Positions 1-9,106 of a stretch of 64,000 nucleotides of DNA are shown piece after piece. Both the position numbers and the translations under genes were made by a program. Within the stretch, counting starts at the first letter, position 1. Each line of letters starts with the position of its first letter. Origin of the DNA: an uncultured Gammaproteobacteria bacterium (GTDB lineage Bacteria; Patescibacteriota; Microgenomatia; CAYQLK01); contig CAYOLO010000001.1 of the NCBI GenBank assembly GCA_964404855.1, positions 158,245-222,244 on the forward strand, given 5' to 3'. The notes under the pieces are model-generated. The model worked only from the letters and a program-made list of their open reading frames with translations. It did not search any database and had not been told where the DNA came from.

Positions 1-2
1 CG

Positions 3-935
3 GTTGCCCAAAGTCCAGGAAGTGTTTATAACCCATTTTTTATATACGGAGGGGTCGGCGTAGGAAAAACACATTTAATGCAGGCTGTGGCTAATGGAAT
101 ACTAGAAAGGGATTCGAGTGTGCGGGTTATCTATACAACTTGCGAAAAATTTACAAATGAGTTTATTGAATCTATTTCTTCAAAGAATTCTAAAAACTTT
201 CGTGAGAAGTTTCGCAGGAACGACATACTTATGATTGATGATATTCAATTTTTAAGCGGGAAGGAATCCACACAAGAAGAGTTTTTTCACACCTTTAATG
301 AATTGTATGGAGGAGGAAAACAAATAATTATGACCTCTGATAGACACCCTTCGTCTTTGGGGAAAATAGAGGATAGATTGGTTTCAAGATTCTTGGGTGG
401 TCTCACGGTTGATATTGGCAATCCTGACTTTGAAATGCGGGTGGCAATAATTAACCAAAAGATTAAAGCCAAGAATTTAGATTTGACTCCAGAGATTGTG
501 GATATCATCGCATCAAAAGTGGATAAAAACACAAGAGAGCTAGAAGGTGTGTTGACAGGTATTATTTCATTAGCATCACTACGAGGCCAGGCGATTGATG
601 TGGATATCGTTAAAAAATTCTTTGGAATTCAAAGTGAAACAAGAAGAACTAAACCTATTACACCAAGAAGAGTAATTTCGGTTGTTGGTAACAAAACTAA
701 GGTTTCAACTGGCGATATTTTAGGTAAAAATAGACAAAAAGAACTAGTAACAGCCAGACAAATAGTCATGTATCTACTTCGGGAAGAATATAAATTTTCT
801 TTGGTTTCTATAGGGGATTCGTTGGGTGGAAGAGACCATACAACTGTAATGCATGGCGTTGAAAAGATTAAAACTGATATTAAAACCAATATTAATCTTC
901 GAGAGTTGGTGTTAGAAATAAATAATTCCTTATAA
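3..935 (+). CDS. dnaA: Chromosomal replication initiator DnaA (5'-truncated by window edge; AAA+ domain with Walker A, plus C-terminal DNA-binding domain IV)
   Basis: Frame +3 from position 3 reads VAQSPGSVYNPFFIYGGVGVGKTHLMQAVANGI (DnaA P-loop GGVGxGKTHL). C-terminal ...TARQIVMYLLRE...SLVSIGDSLGGRDHTTVMHG is the DnaA domain IV helix-turn-helix signature. The ORF track starts at an internal Met at 78, but the frame is open from the window edge. Confidence 0.93.
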   Translation, partial: VAQSPGSVYNPFFIYGGVGVGKTHLMQAVANGILERDSSVRVIYTTCEKFTNEFIESISSKNSKNFREKFRRNDILMIDDIQFLSGKESTQEEFFHTFNELYGGGKQIIMTSDRHPSSLGKIEDRLVSRFLGGLTVDIGNPDFEMRVAIINQKIKAKNLDLTPEIVDIIASKVDKNTRELEGVLTGIISLASLRGQAIDVDIVKKFFGIQSETRRTKPITPRRVISVVGNKTKVSTGDILGKNRQKELVTARQIVMYLLREEYKFSLVSIGDSLGGRDHTTVMHGVEKIKTDIKTNINLRELVLEINNSL

Positions 936-1180
936 GAGTTGTACACAACCAAGTATGTTTTATCCACAACTTTATCCACAAACAAAGAATATTTTTACAG
1001 ACAAAACAAACCCAAAAATGAACCTACTCTTATGGGTTATAATATGAAAATTGCTTATTCTAATAACGAAATGTTAATTCTCGACAATATTTTTGAGGCT
1101 AAGTCTGGCTTGGAATTACACATATCTACAGAGTATATTACTGTGATTACTTGTTTAAAATAAAAAAATAAATAAAAGAG
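936..1180. promoter_or_regulatory. Putative oriC / DnaA-box cluster in the dnaA–dnaN intergenic region
   Basis: Two perfect consensus DnaA boxes TTATCCACA at 960–968 and 972–980, plus a related TGTACACAA at 939–947. They are followed by AT-rich runs (gttataatatgaaaattgcttattctaataacg; ttgtttaaaataaaaaaataaataaaag) typical of a DNA-unwinding element. The ORF-track entry 939–1163 lies entirely in this region and is probably not a gene. Confidence 0.55.
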
Positions 1181-2308
1181 ATGGCACAAACAAAAATCGG
1201 TTTTTCAGTTAAACAAGAAGAGTTTAATCAAGCTTTACAACTTGTTTTGAGAGCTGTTAGTTCAAAGATAACTTTGCCGATTCTTAGTAATTTTTTAATT
1301 GAGGTTGAGACAAATAAAATAATTGTTTCTTCAACTAACCTAGATGTTGCTATTTCTGTTTATTTACCAGCTACGAATACAGAACCAGGAAAAATTGCTG
1401 TTCCAGGTAAGATTCTTAATGATTTGGTTTCGACATTAAATCCTGGAGATTTAAGGTTAGAAGTAATTGATGGTGTTGGATCATTATCTTCTGGAAAATT
1501 TGCCGCTAAAATCAATACTGCTCCAGTTGATGATTACCCAGTCATACCATCTGAATCTGGTGAGGCTAGAGTCAGTATTCCAGCAAAAATATTATCTCTA
1601 GCAATTAATCGGGTCGAATTTGCGGCTGCTTTGGATGAGTCAAGGCCAATTCTGGCTGGGGTTTTGTTTGATTTAAACGAAAAAGGACTTGAGCTGGTGG
1701 CAACTGATGGTTACAGACTTTCTTATGCAAAATTTGAACGAGAATTTAAAACCCCAATAAAAATCGTTGTTCCAGCAAAAACCTTACAAGAGGTTTCTAA
1801 AATTGCGCCAATTGGAGACGAAATTGGAATTTGGTTATCAGAAAATGATAAGCAAGTCGTTTTTCGAACCGGAAACGTAAAAATAGTTTCGAGAATAATT
1901 GAGGGTGAATACCCAAATTGGAGAAAAATAGTTCCCGACAGTTTTAATACTAAAATGTTAATTAACAAAGATGAGTTTGCGAGAGCCTTAACTCAGGCTG
2001 CAGTTTTTGCGAAAGAATCAGGGAATGTGGTGAAGTTAAGTTTGGGAGAGGGATTAGGGTTGGTTGTATCATCGGTTTCTAGAGAGCTTGGCGAGGAAAA
2101 AAACGAAATTGAGGGAGAGATGGCAGGGCCATCTGGTGAGATAGCTTTTAATTGGAGATATTTGAATGATTTTTTGGGTGTGTGTGAGTCGGATAAATTT
2201 TATTTAGAAATGCTAGAAAGTTTAAAGCCTGGCAAGTTTACTTTGGAGAAGAACGAATCTGGGGTTGAGTTTATGCATATTATTATGCCTGTGAGGCTGC
2301 AAGAGTAA
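1181..2308 (+). CDS. dnaN: DNA polymerase III beta sliding clamp
   Basis: 375 aa. N-terminus MAQTKIGFSVKQEEFNQALQLVLRAVSSKITLPILSNFLIEV, three-domain length and position immediately after dnaA are all typical of DnaN. Confidence 0.93.
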   Translation: MAQTKIGFSVKQEEFNQALQLVLRAVSSKITLPILSNFLIEVETNKIIVSSTNLDVAISVYLPATNTEPGKIAVPGKILNDLVSTLNPGDLRLEVIDGVGSLSSGKFAAKINTAPVDDYPVIPSESGEARVSIPAKILSLAINRVEFAAALDESRPILAGVLFDLNEKGLELVATDGYRLSYAKFEREFKTPIKIVVPAKTLQEVSKIAPIGDEIGIWLSENDKQVVFRTGNVKIVSRIIEGEYPNWRKIVPDSFNTKMLINKDEFARALTQAAVFAKESGNVVKLSLGEGLGLVVSSVSRELGEEKNEIEGEMAGPSGEIAFNWRYLNDFLGVCESDKFYLEMLESLKPGKFTLEKNESGVEFMHIIMPVRLQE

Positions 2309-2338
2309 GGTTTTGTTTTACTAGCCAATTAAAGCTTT

Positions 2339-2647
2339 ATGGCGGGATTTGAAAAGGTTGATAGTCTAATTAGGCAGTTTAGGTTTAATAGTGTCGAAAA
2401 GCAGGCATTGGGGGCCCTACAAGTAGTTTCTAAGAGTCAATTAGTTGTAGACAAGTGGGCAAATAATAAATATAAGGGGATATTTAAAATTCGGGTTGTA
2501 TTATTCAAAGATAAGACGTTGACGCTTGGGGTGGAAAACGGTATGTATGCAGTTCTAGTACGAAAAGATATTAAAGGATTAAAAACCCAGATAAATAGAA
2601 TATTAGGTGTAGGTTTGGTTAAGGAAATTAGAGTTAGGGTTATTTGA
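2339..2647 (+). CDS. DUF721/DciA-like small protein (candidate helicase-loader antecedent)
   Basis: 102 aa basic protein directly downstream of dnaN. The C-terminal pattern ...IFKIRVVLFKDKTLTLGVENGMYAVLVRKDIKGLKTQINRILG resembles the DUF721 family that commonly sits in dnaA-dnaN-recF/gyrB neighbourhoods. Confidence 0.45.
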   Translation: MAGFEKVDSLIRQFRFNSVEKQALGALQVVSKSQLVVDKWANNKYKGIFKIRVVLFKDKTLTLGVENGMYAVLVRKDIKGLKTQINRILGVGLVKEIRVRVI

Positions 2648-2655
2648 GTTGGAAA

Positions 2656-3681
2656 TCAGTTAACTACAGCTTCGACTGCGAGTTGAATTAGGTACGATTG
2701 TCCATCGTTAGATAGTGCGTTACCTGTAAAGATATAAAAAGGGTAAATTGTTTCAGGATTTTTGGTGGTTGGGTGAAAATAGGCTATTTCTACAGAGTTG
2801 ATTGATATGGTTTTGTAATTAGTAACATAATAAGCCTCTTCATCGGTTTTTGTGCCTAATATTTTTTTGATTTGAGTGATTGTTGATTGGTTGTTTAATA
2901 GTTTATTGACTGCCTGTTGTGAAGAGATAAAAACGATTTTTTCTTTGGTTTGATAAGTGGGGTTAACCAAAGCAAAACTAGTAATATTTCCAGATGTGTC
3001 AAGGGAAATTGTGCCAACTGACAGGTTCGGAGTGCGGTCGGTGGATATAGGGATGTTGTTTATTTTATTTAGAATATAAAAAGTGACCGTGTCGGCAGAA
3101 TTATAGTCAGTAATTGGCTGATCGTTTTGGTTGGTTGATAAATAAAACTCAGGCTCAGAGAGTGTGTGGTTTGGGTTCGGTGAAAGAGTAGCAAGAGCGG
3201 TTTTTGCGTTATTTATAATATTTTCGATTGGTATTCTTTGGGGGGAAGAGATTTGGGGGCTGCGGTAAGTTATTGTTAAATCGTCAATTGTAAGTGTGCG
3301 GTTTTGATCAACAAAGACCTTTCTAGTGCCAAGGTCCGTTAATAACTCTCTAAAATTTTGCGAGTCAAAATTAAAAAAGCTAGATATTTTGCTTGTGTCT
3401 TGAGGGGTTTTTGTGATGTTAGCACTGAAAATATTTTCAGGTGCTACAAATGCTGAAATTTGTTCTCCAATTTGATATTTTTGCGGCTTGTTAGCGAAAG
3501 GATCATTGTCAGGTTGAGAATTTTTTGGGATAGATGTCTCTTGTGGTGTGATTGGCGGGGTTTCTTTTTGAGAAGGATTGAGAACTAGATACAGAAGAAT
3601 AAAAAGTAAAATAAAGCCAGCAAAAAAGAAGAATATCCAGTATTTTCCAAACTTGGTTTTAAGGTCTGTAAGTGTCATTGT
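2656..3681 (-). CDS. Membrane-anchored Pro/Thr/Gln-rich extracytoplasmic protein (hypothetical; last gene of the T4SS-like operon)
   Basis: N-terminal TM helix (YWIFFFFAGFILLFILLYLVL) followed by a low-complexity P/T/Q-rich linker and a ~250-aa domain. Start chosen at internal Met (MTLTDLK) so that it abuts the stop of the upstream gene at 3684; the track start 3702 would overlap by 19 nt. Confidence 0.5.
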   Translation of the reverse strand, partial: TMTLTDLKTKFGKYWIFFFFAGFILLFILLYLVLNPSQKETPPITPQETSIPKNSQPDNDPFANKPQKYQIGEQISAFVAPENIFSANITKTPQDTSKISSFFNFDSQNFRELLTDLGTRKVFVDQNRTLTIDDLTITYRSPQISSPQRIPIENIINNAKTALATLSPNPNHTLSEPEFYLSTNQNDQPITDYNSADTVTFYILNKINNIPISTDRTPNLSVGTISLDTSGNITSFALVNPTYQTKEKIVFISSQQAVNKLLNNQSTITQIKKILGTKTDEEAYYVTNYKTISINSVEIAYFHPTTKNPETIYPFYIFTGNALSNDGQSYLIQLAVEAVVN

Positions 3682-3683
3682 TT

Positions 3684-6600
3684 TTAGTTTACTCCTGCAC
3701 AACTTCCTGCACAGGCACGAACATCGACTGGTATGTAGGGTGGCTCCATTCGAAGCCCGCGAAATTCATAGTGAAGGTGGGTGCCACGAATATCGGGAGG
3801 CAGAATATATCCAGTATATCCTTCGTAGCCGATTACTTGGCCTTTTGTAACAACTGTTCCCACTTCGATTCCGCTACCAAATGAGTCTAGATGGCCATAG
3901 ATAGCTTGAAACGCTACACCATTACAGGTGCCGCTGAGAATAACTGTCAGTCCGGTTCTACCTGTGATTGGGTGGCTGGCATTAGGATCGGAATATTTGT
4001 ATTGAACAATTCCGTTAAAACTAGCCAATAAACTGTCGGTGTAAAAAGTGCCAATGTCGATGGCTTCTAGTGATTGGTGCGAGATATTTGCCCCTGGACC
4101 TTGGGTGACACTGCCTGATCCGGCGACTGGCCAGCCGGATGGACAATCTCCAGCGGGAGTGCCAATAAACACACTTGAAAGGTCGTTGGCTGTAGAAGAT
4201 ACTGAGTTACTAAACCCTCCGCTTGGGAGTGGAGATGGAGTTATTAGTGGGTCGAAGGATTTAAAATTTATAGAGAATTTATTACTAATGCTGGAGTCCT
4301 CGAAGATGGTTTCGTTGGGAATATTTAGACTGTAGTTAATATTGGTTGACTGATTAGGGTTTAGTGTGGCTGGACAAGTAATAGTTGGTGGTGTAAGCGA
4401 GCGGACTGTGCCGTTTTTGGTGGTGTGGGTGATTGTGTCTGAACAAACTATGTCGTAAACGGGTTGGTTGCCGGCGGTAATACTCACAGAATAGGTAATT
4501 GTTTGTGGAAGGTCAGAGTTTTCTAAATTAATGGTTTTGGCTGGTCCGAGTGATTTATTAGGAGCACTGACCAGTTTTTGGATTTGAATATAGGCGTTGC
4601 CAGATTCGCCTTCGGTGGCATCGCCAGGTAAGACAATTTGCTCTGGAAGGCTGGGGTTGGTAAATAATGCTGAGGAAACCGTGTTGTAGCTTAGTACCGA
4701 AAAAGCTGTGACCCCCCCGAGCGTAGCAGCGGGAATAAGAACCGCAGGACTAGTTGCAACTGTGACGGCAGTACTGGCACCACTACTTAATAATCCTCCA
4801 AGGCTGGATAGTCCTCCACCAATAAGACCAACGGCGCCACTGCCTACCCCACCTAAAAACGAGGCAGTTGCACTTAAAGCACCCCAAGCAGAGGCGATCC
4901 AACCGATTGGTGCGGTAACTACTCCCCATAATTTGGGTAAACTAAGGAGTACGTTGTCGACGAATGCTGCGTAAGGCGGAAAATGACTATATAGCCAAAC
5001 TGAAGCTGTGCCTCCCAAAAAACCACCAATTAGGGCGCCGATTGGTCCTCCAAGCATAAAACCAATTGCTGCACCAACCGCAAAACCGATGATAAATGCA
5101 GCAATTTGGGTTAGTAGCCAAAGGAACAATAAATAAGCCAAAAATGCGAGCATGGCGGCAATATAGGCAATTTTTTTCTTGTATTTGAGTATTAAAGCTA
5201 GGGCAATTTGTGCAACTAATGATGTGCCGCCTGTGGCTGCACCAAGTGCAGCGGAAAGTCCAACTTTGGCTGCGACTTTACCTGCACCTTTTTTAGCAAA
5301 ACCTTTGAGTTTACCTTTGGCGCGACTAGCGGAGAATTTTTGTGAAAAATTAAAATATGATTTTTTGGGAATGAAATTAGTTGATCTAGTGATAGTTTGT
5401 CCGGCAGAACTTTGTGAGTAGTAAGATCTTGAAAAACCACCCATTCTCCAGACTGAGCGCTTGTTTGGATTTTGAAACTGAGGAATTTGTTCGTAAAGTT
5501 CTAATTCATCAGAGTAGTTTTTGAGAAGAATTGCTTCGCCAGCTGAAACAGAGCCTCTGCCTTTTAGTTCTTTGGTGCTACGGCTAAGAAAAGACTGTCT
5601 TTGGGGTGAGGGTTGAAGAGTTTCGGTTAAAAAATCCTCATACCCTTCCTTTTGTCTCTTGGGGTTTTCCATTAGTGATGCAAAAGCGTGATTTTGCGCT
5701 GCTTCAGCTTCAGCTGGTGCAACCGCTTGTTGGCCTTGAGCATAGATATTGATAGGTTGGAGGATTTCTCTACTTATGGTGTCTGTAACAAAACGGGGAG
5801 CGGCTTGGGTTAGAAGAGTTTTGTCTTCAAGTTTGCCGTCTAGGTGTTTAAGTAGGGAGTTAAAACTTTGTTCTTGAGCATCGTTTAGATTTTGAAGAAA
5901 CCTTTCTGGTTGGAGTGGAATATTTTTTTCAAAATCATCTGTAGTTGTGTCAAGAACCCTTTGAGCAATATTGGGCAAAAAAACTTGCTGGATTGCCGCA
6001 GAAACAACAAGTTTGTTTTGGGAAGTGTTGGTGCTGGGGTTGATTTTTAAGGCAGTACTAACCGCGTTGTCGATAATTTCTGTGTGGGTGGTTGGTGCTG
6101 ATTTAGGATCGGTTAGGGTATTAATTAATAAAACTTGTGAGGCAACATTTGCTTGTGAGATTGCTGGGAAGTTGGCCTCTGAAGATTGGTCAACAGCCAC
6201 TAAAAACTCTTCAGACTTAACAAGGTTGCTCGCTTGTTTGGCTGTCTCTGGTTCTTTGGCTACTGCCTCATAAATTTCTGATGCAATGACTGGTGACAAT
6301 TCTTGATAATCTGCGGTGTGGGTAGAATAAACAATATTAGAAGCAACCGCATCTGATATTTTACCTACAAGTCTTTCTTGGTTGGCGGCATCTATTTTGG
6401 TTTTAAAAATTGTGGCGGAAATTTCTGGTGAGAGAATTATTTGTTTAATCGAGGTAGCGACTTCTTTGTGGGTGAGATTAACTGTGTCTTCTAGTTTTTT
6501 AACAGTAGCTGCTTTTTTTGTTTTAGCTTCGTTTGAATATGGTTTTTCTATTGTTGAACTTGAGGAGGGAGAAACTGGAAGTGTGATTGTTGGTTGCGGG

Positions 6601-7181
6601 GATTTTGAGGTTGGGGTGATGGGTTGCTGTATTGGTTGAGGAGAACTTGGCAGATTAAGGCTGGCTTCTGGTTCGGTTTGGGAGGGAGTATTGATTTTAA
6701 TGGTTTTTGGTAACTCTATTGCAGGAGGAAGATTTTCGGCGGCTTTTTCCTGACGAATTTTTTGTATTACAGCGTCAACTTCTTCGATTGTGGCGAGGCC
6801 GCTTGTAGGTAATTTGGCTTGGTCTTTGTTAGTTTTGGAAATAATTGGTATGGCGGCCAAATTTGAGATTTCGAGTTCTTTGAGATCATTTTCAATAAGT
6901 GAGGAAAAAATTTGTCTAAGAACAAGAATGTTTTGACCAATATCGGCAATTTTGTATTGGTCGGCAATATTTTGAATTGAAATTAATGTTTGTTCGTAGT
7001 TGGCACCTGGAAAGAGGTCTAAAAATTTTTTATTGAACTCCTCTTCGGTTGGGAATCTTGGGGGAAGGTTTTTGGTAGCAGATTTTTCAAAAAAATCTAA
7101 AGTCCAGTCTGCCAACCGAAACTGTAGTAATTGATCTAAAGCATTTTGGGGTTTGGTGGTTGTTTCGGGTGTAGTTGGCAT
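3684..7181 (-). CDS. Large polytopic membrane protein with C-terminal M23 (LytM) peptidoglycan endopeptidase domain; T4SS-associated cell-wall hydrolase candidate (functional analogue of VirB1/PrgK/TcpG)
   Basis: 1165 aa. Residues ~550–720 form at least six hydrophobic Gly/Ala-rich helices. The extreme C-terminus ...VVTKGQVIGYEGYTGYILPPDIRGTHLHYEFRGLRMEPPYIP carries the M23 family HxH zinc-binding motif with preceding GYTG. An N-terminal ~540-aa helical domain is Pro-rich. Sits between VirB4 and the operon end. Confidence 0.65.
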   Translation of the reverse strand: MPTTPETTTKPQNALDQLLQFRLADWTLDFFEKSATKNLPPRFPTEEEFNKKFLDLFPGANYEQTLISIQNIADQYKIADIGQNILVLRQIFSSLIENDLKELEISNLAAIPIISKTNKDQAKLPTSGLATIEEVDAVIQKIRQEKAAENLPPAIELPKTIKINTPSQTEPEASLNLPSSPQPIQQPITPTSKSPQPTITLPVSPSSSSTIEKPYSNEAKTKKAATVKKLEDTVNLTHKEVATSIKQIILSPEISATIFKTKIDAANQERLVGKISDAVASNIVYSTHTADYQELSPVIASEIYEAVAKEPETAKQASNLVKSEEFLVAVDQSSEANFPAISQANVASQVLLINTLTDPKSAPTTHTEIIDNAVSTALKINPSTNTSQNKLVVSAAIQQVFLPNIAQRVLDTTTDDFEKNIPLQPERFLQNLNDAQEQSFNSLLKHLDGKLEDKTLLTQAAPRFVTDTISREILQPINIYAQGQQAVAPAEAEAAQNHAFASLMENPKRQKEGYEDFLTETLQPSPQRQSFLSRSTKELKGRGSVSAGEAILLKNYSDELELYEQIPQFQNPNKRSVWRMGGFSRSYYSQSSAGQTITRSTNFIPKKSYFNFSQKFSASRAKGKLKGFAKKGAGKVAAKVGLSAALGAATGGTSLVAQIALALILKYKKKIAYIAAMLAFLAYLLFLWLLTQIAAFIIGFAVGAAIGFMLGGPIGALIGGFLGGTASVWLYSHFPPYAAFVDNVLLSLPKLWGVVTAPIGWIASAWGALSATASFLGGVGSGAVGLIGGGLSSLGGLLSSGASTAVTVATSPAVLIPAATLGGVTAFSVLSYNTVSSALFTNPSLPEQIVLPGDATEGESGNAYIQIQKLVSAPNKSLGPAKTINLENSDLPQTITYSVSITAGNQPVYDIVCSDTITHTTKNGTVRSLTPPTITCPATLNPNQSTNINYSLNIPNETIFEDSSISNKFSINFKSFDPLITPSPLPSGGFSNSVSSTANDLSSVFIGTPAGDCPSGWPVAGSGSVTQGPGANISHQSLEAIDIGTFYTDSLLASFNGIVQYKYSDPNASHPITGRTGLTVILSGTCNGVAFQAIYGHLDSFGSGIEVGTVVTKGQVIGYEGYTGYILPPDIRGTHLHYEFRGLRMEPPYIPVDVRACAGSCAGVN

Positions 7182-7243
7182 GTTACTTAGCTAATCATAA
7201 TTCTTATAGTGCTAAATGAGCCATTGTGGAGCACTTTTTTGGT

Positions 7244-9106
7244 TTAAATGATTTCTTGCGAAGCAGATGAAAGTGGCACGTTTGAGGTGTTAGAATCTTG
7301 GTTTTGGGCAGCAGCAGCATTTTGCATTTCTAAAACCTCCTTAGGATTACTGGTGACAAGTTGATGTTCTTCTGGTGAGCCAACCACAAGCATTGCCACG
7401 TGTGAACTTCCTGCAAAAAACAACCCCTCACCGACATTTGCAGCTAGAAGTAAGTGTTTTTCTCCATCTGAGAGATAAAATACCTCGGCAAGCTTGTCGA
7501 TAGCTGCTGCAGACTGTTTAAGGAGGATTTGAATACTTGAGTTGGTCACGATAGCCTTGCCATATTCTGTGCCCAAGAAGTCCTCGACATCCTGAGTAAT
7601 CGTGGTTAATCCTAGATAATATTTACGAGCACGTTTGGCGATTGAGTACATAAACGTAGCAGAATCAGGATATTGCATCATATACCAAGCCTCATCGACT
7701 ATAAGTATGCGCTTTTTGAGGTCTCTTTTAACACGAGTCCATATAAAGTCGAGAATAATATACATAGCTATTGGGCGCAGTTCGGCTTCAAGGTTTTTGA
7801 TACTAAAAACTGTAAATGTGTTGTGAATATCTAGATTGGAGTATTGGTCGAATATTCCAACTAAAGAACCTTTGACAAACTTTTCGATTCTTTCAGCAAG
7901 GGTTTTGGCTTGAGGTTCTTCCATGCCAATTAAAGCCTTATATAAATCTTCCATTAATGGTGGTTGAAGTGTTTGGGTTTGTGGATCGGCAGTAATGCCC
8001 TTATTTTTGTAAGCAAGTACTAAAGCACGGTCGAGAATTGCATCTTCTGTGGCGGAAAGTTGTCCCATAATGACTCTGAAAAGTCCGTGAAGCGAGAGGA
8101 TTTTGAGATTTAACTCGTTTTCTCCTTCTTCATAGACACCAGAAAGATCGAAAGGGTTAATTTTTGTTTCTGAGTTGAAGTCGAAGCTAATATATTCTCC
8201 ACCTATGGCGGTACAGAGATTTTTGTACTCTTCTTCTGGATCAATAATAATAACTTCGGTGCCAAACATTAGATATCTTAGGGCTTCAAGCTTGGTCATA
8301 TAGGATTTACCGCCTCCGGACTTAGCAAAAACGACGGTATTGGCATTTTCGAGTGAAAATCTGTCAAAGATGATTAGTGATCCGTTGTGTCTATTAATGC
8401 CATACATAATTCCCTCGTTGCTGGTTAAGGAGCTTGATGTGAAAGGAAAAGTTGTGGCTAAAGACGTAGTATCCATGTTTCTGGTAACGAGAAGCTTGTC
8501 GTGGCCGTATGGGAGAGTGGTTTTGAAACCGTCTTCTTGTTGAAGAGTGGCGTGTTTAGAAATAACTAGAATGGAACCAAGCAGACTTTCAACTTGTTTG
8601 GTGATATTGACTAGCTCCTCTTTTGATTCGGCAGGAATAGTGATATAGAGCCCGAACTGAAAAAACTTTTCGGCACCTTTGGCTAGATCTTGTTGAAAGT
8701 TGCGTGCGTCATCTAGGGTAACTTCAAGACTAGGATCAATAACTTTGCCGCGTTGAATATCGGTAGAAATAGTTGCCTCCATTTCTCCAATTTTGCGTTT
8801 CATGTCTTGAAGCACTGCTTGAGCGTCAACTGGATAATGGAACATTGAGATTTCGAGCGTGTGATTAAAATTAATAAGAGGTGAAAGCCAGTTGGCTCCG
8901 ACATACCTGGGGTAGCCAATTACAAAAAGTGTTTTAAAGTAAGTCTCGCCGATTTTTATAAAATCGAAATCGACCTCAATTGCTGGAGGGGCAATGATAT
9001 CTCTAACCGAAACTGTGCCTTGGGCCACTGCTTTGGCTTGAGCAGATACGAGCTGTGGAGCGTTTTGAGGGCTTTGATTAGGGTCTTTTTTGCCAAATAG
9101 TTTCAT
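7244..9106 (-). CDS. virB4: Type IV secretion ATPase VirB4/TrbE/CagE family
   Basis: 620 aa. Walker A FAKSGGGKSYMTKL, Walker B RILIVDEAWYMMQ, and an N-terminal VirB4 domain pattern (DIIAPPAIEVDFDFIKIGETYFKTLFVIGYPRYVGANWLSPL). Start overlaps the upstream gene stop (ATGA at 9103–9106), suggesting translational coupling. Confidence 0.9.
   Translation of the reverse strand: MKLFGKKDPNQSPQNAPQLVSAQAKAVAQGTVSVRDIIAPPAIEVDFDFIKIGETYFKTLFVIGYPRYVGANWLSPLINFNHTLEISMFHYPVDAQAVLQDMKRKIGEMEATISTDIQRGKVIDPSLEVTLDDARNFQQDLAKGAEKFFQFGLYITIPAESKEELVNITKQVESLLGSILVISKHATLQQEDGFKTTLPYGHDKLLVTRNMDTTSLATTFPFTSSSLTSNEGIMYGINRHNGSLIIFDRFSLENANTVVFAKSGGGKSYMTKLEALRYLMFGTEVIIIDPEEEYKNLCTAIGGEYISFDFNSETKINPFDLSGVYEEGENELNLKILSLHGLFRVIMGQLSATEDAILDRALVLAYKNKGITADPQTQTLQPPLMEDLYKALIGMEEPQAKTLAERIEKFVKGSLVGIFDQYSNLDIHNTFTVFSIKNLEAELRPIAMYIILDFIWTRVKRDLKKRILIVDEAWYMMQYPDSATFMYSIAKRARKYYLGLTTITQDVEDFLGTEYGKAIVTNSSIQILLKQSAAAIDKLAEVFYLSDGEKHLLLAANVGEGLFFAGSSHVAMLVVGSPEEHQLVTSNPKEVLEMQNAAAAQNQDSNTSNVPLSSASQEII

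Noticed and set aside
939-1163. 74-aa ORF between dnaA and dnaN
   Set aside because: Lies entirely within the DnaA-box/AT-rich origin region. No RBS and odd composition. Best explained as non-coding oriC.
3578-7000. Small antisense ORFs (63–159 aa) nested inside large genes
   Set aside because: Examples are 3578–3850, 4048–4335, 4708–4974, 10532–11011, 14822–15097 and 19770–20183. Each is fully contained in a longer ORF with a clear domain assignment on the opposite strand. Many are low-complexity mirror translations of Pro/Gly/Ala-rich regions.
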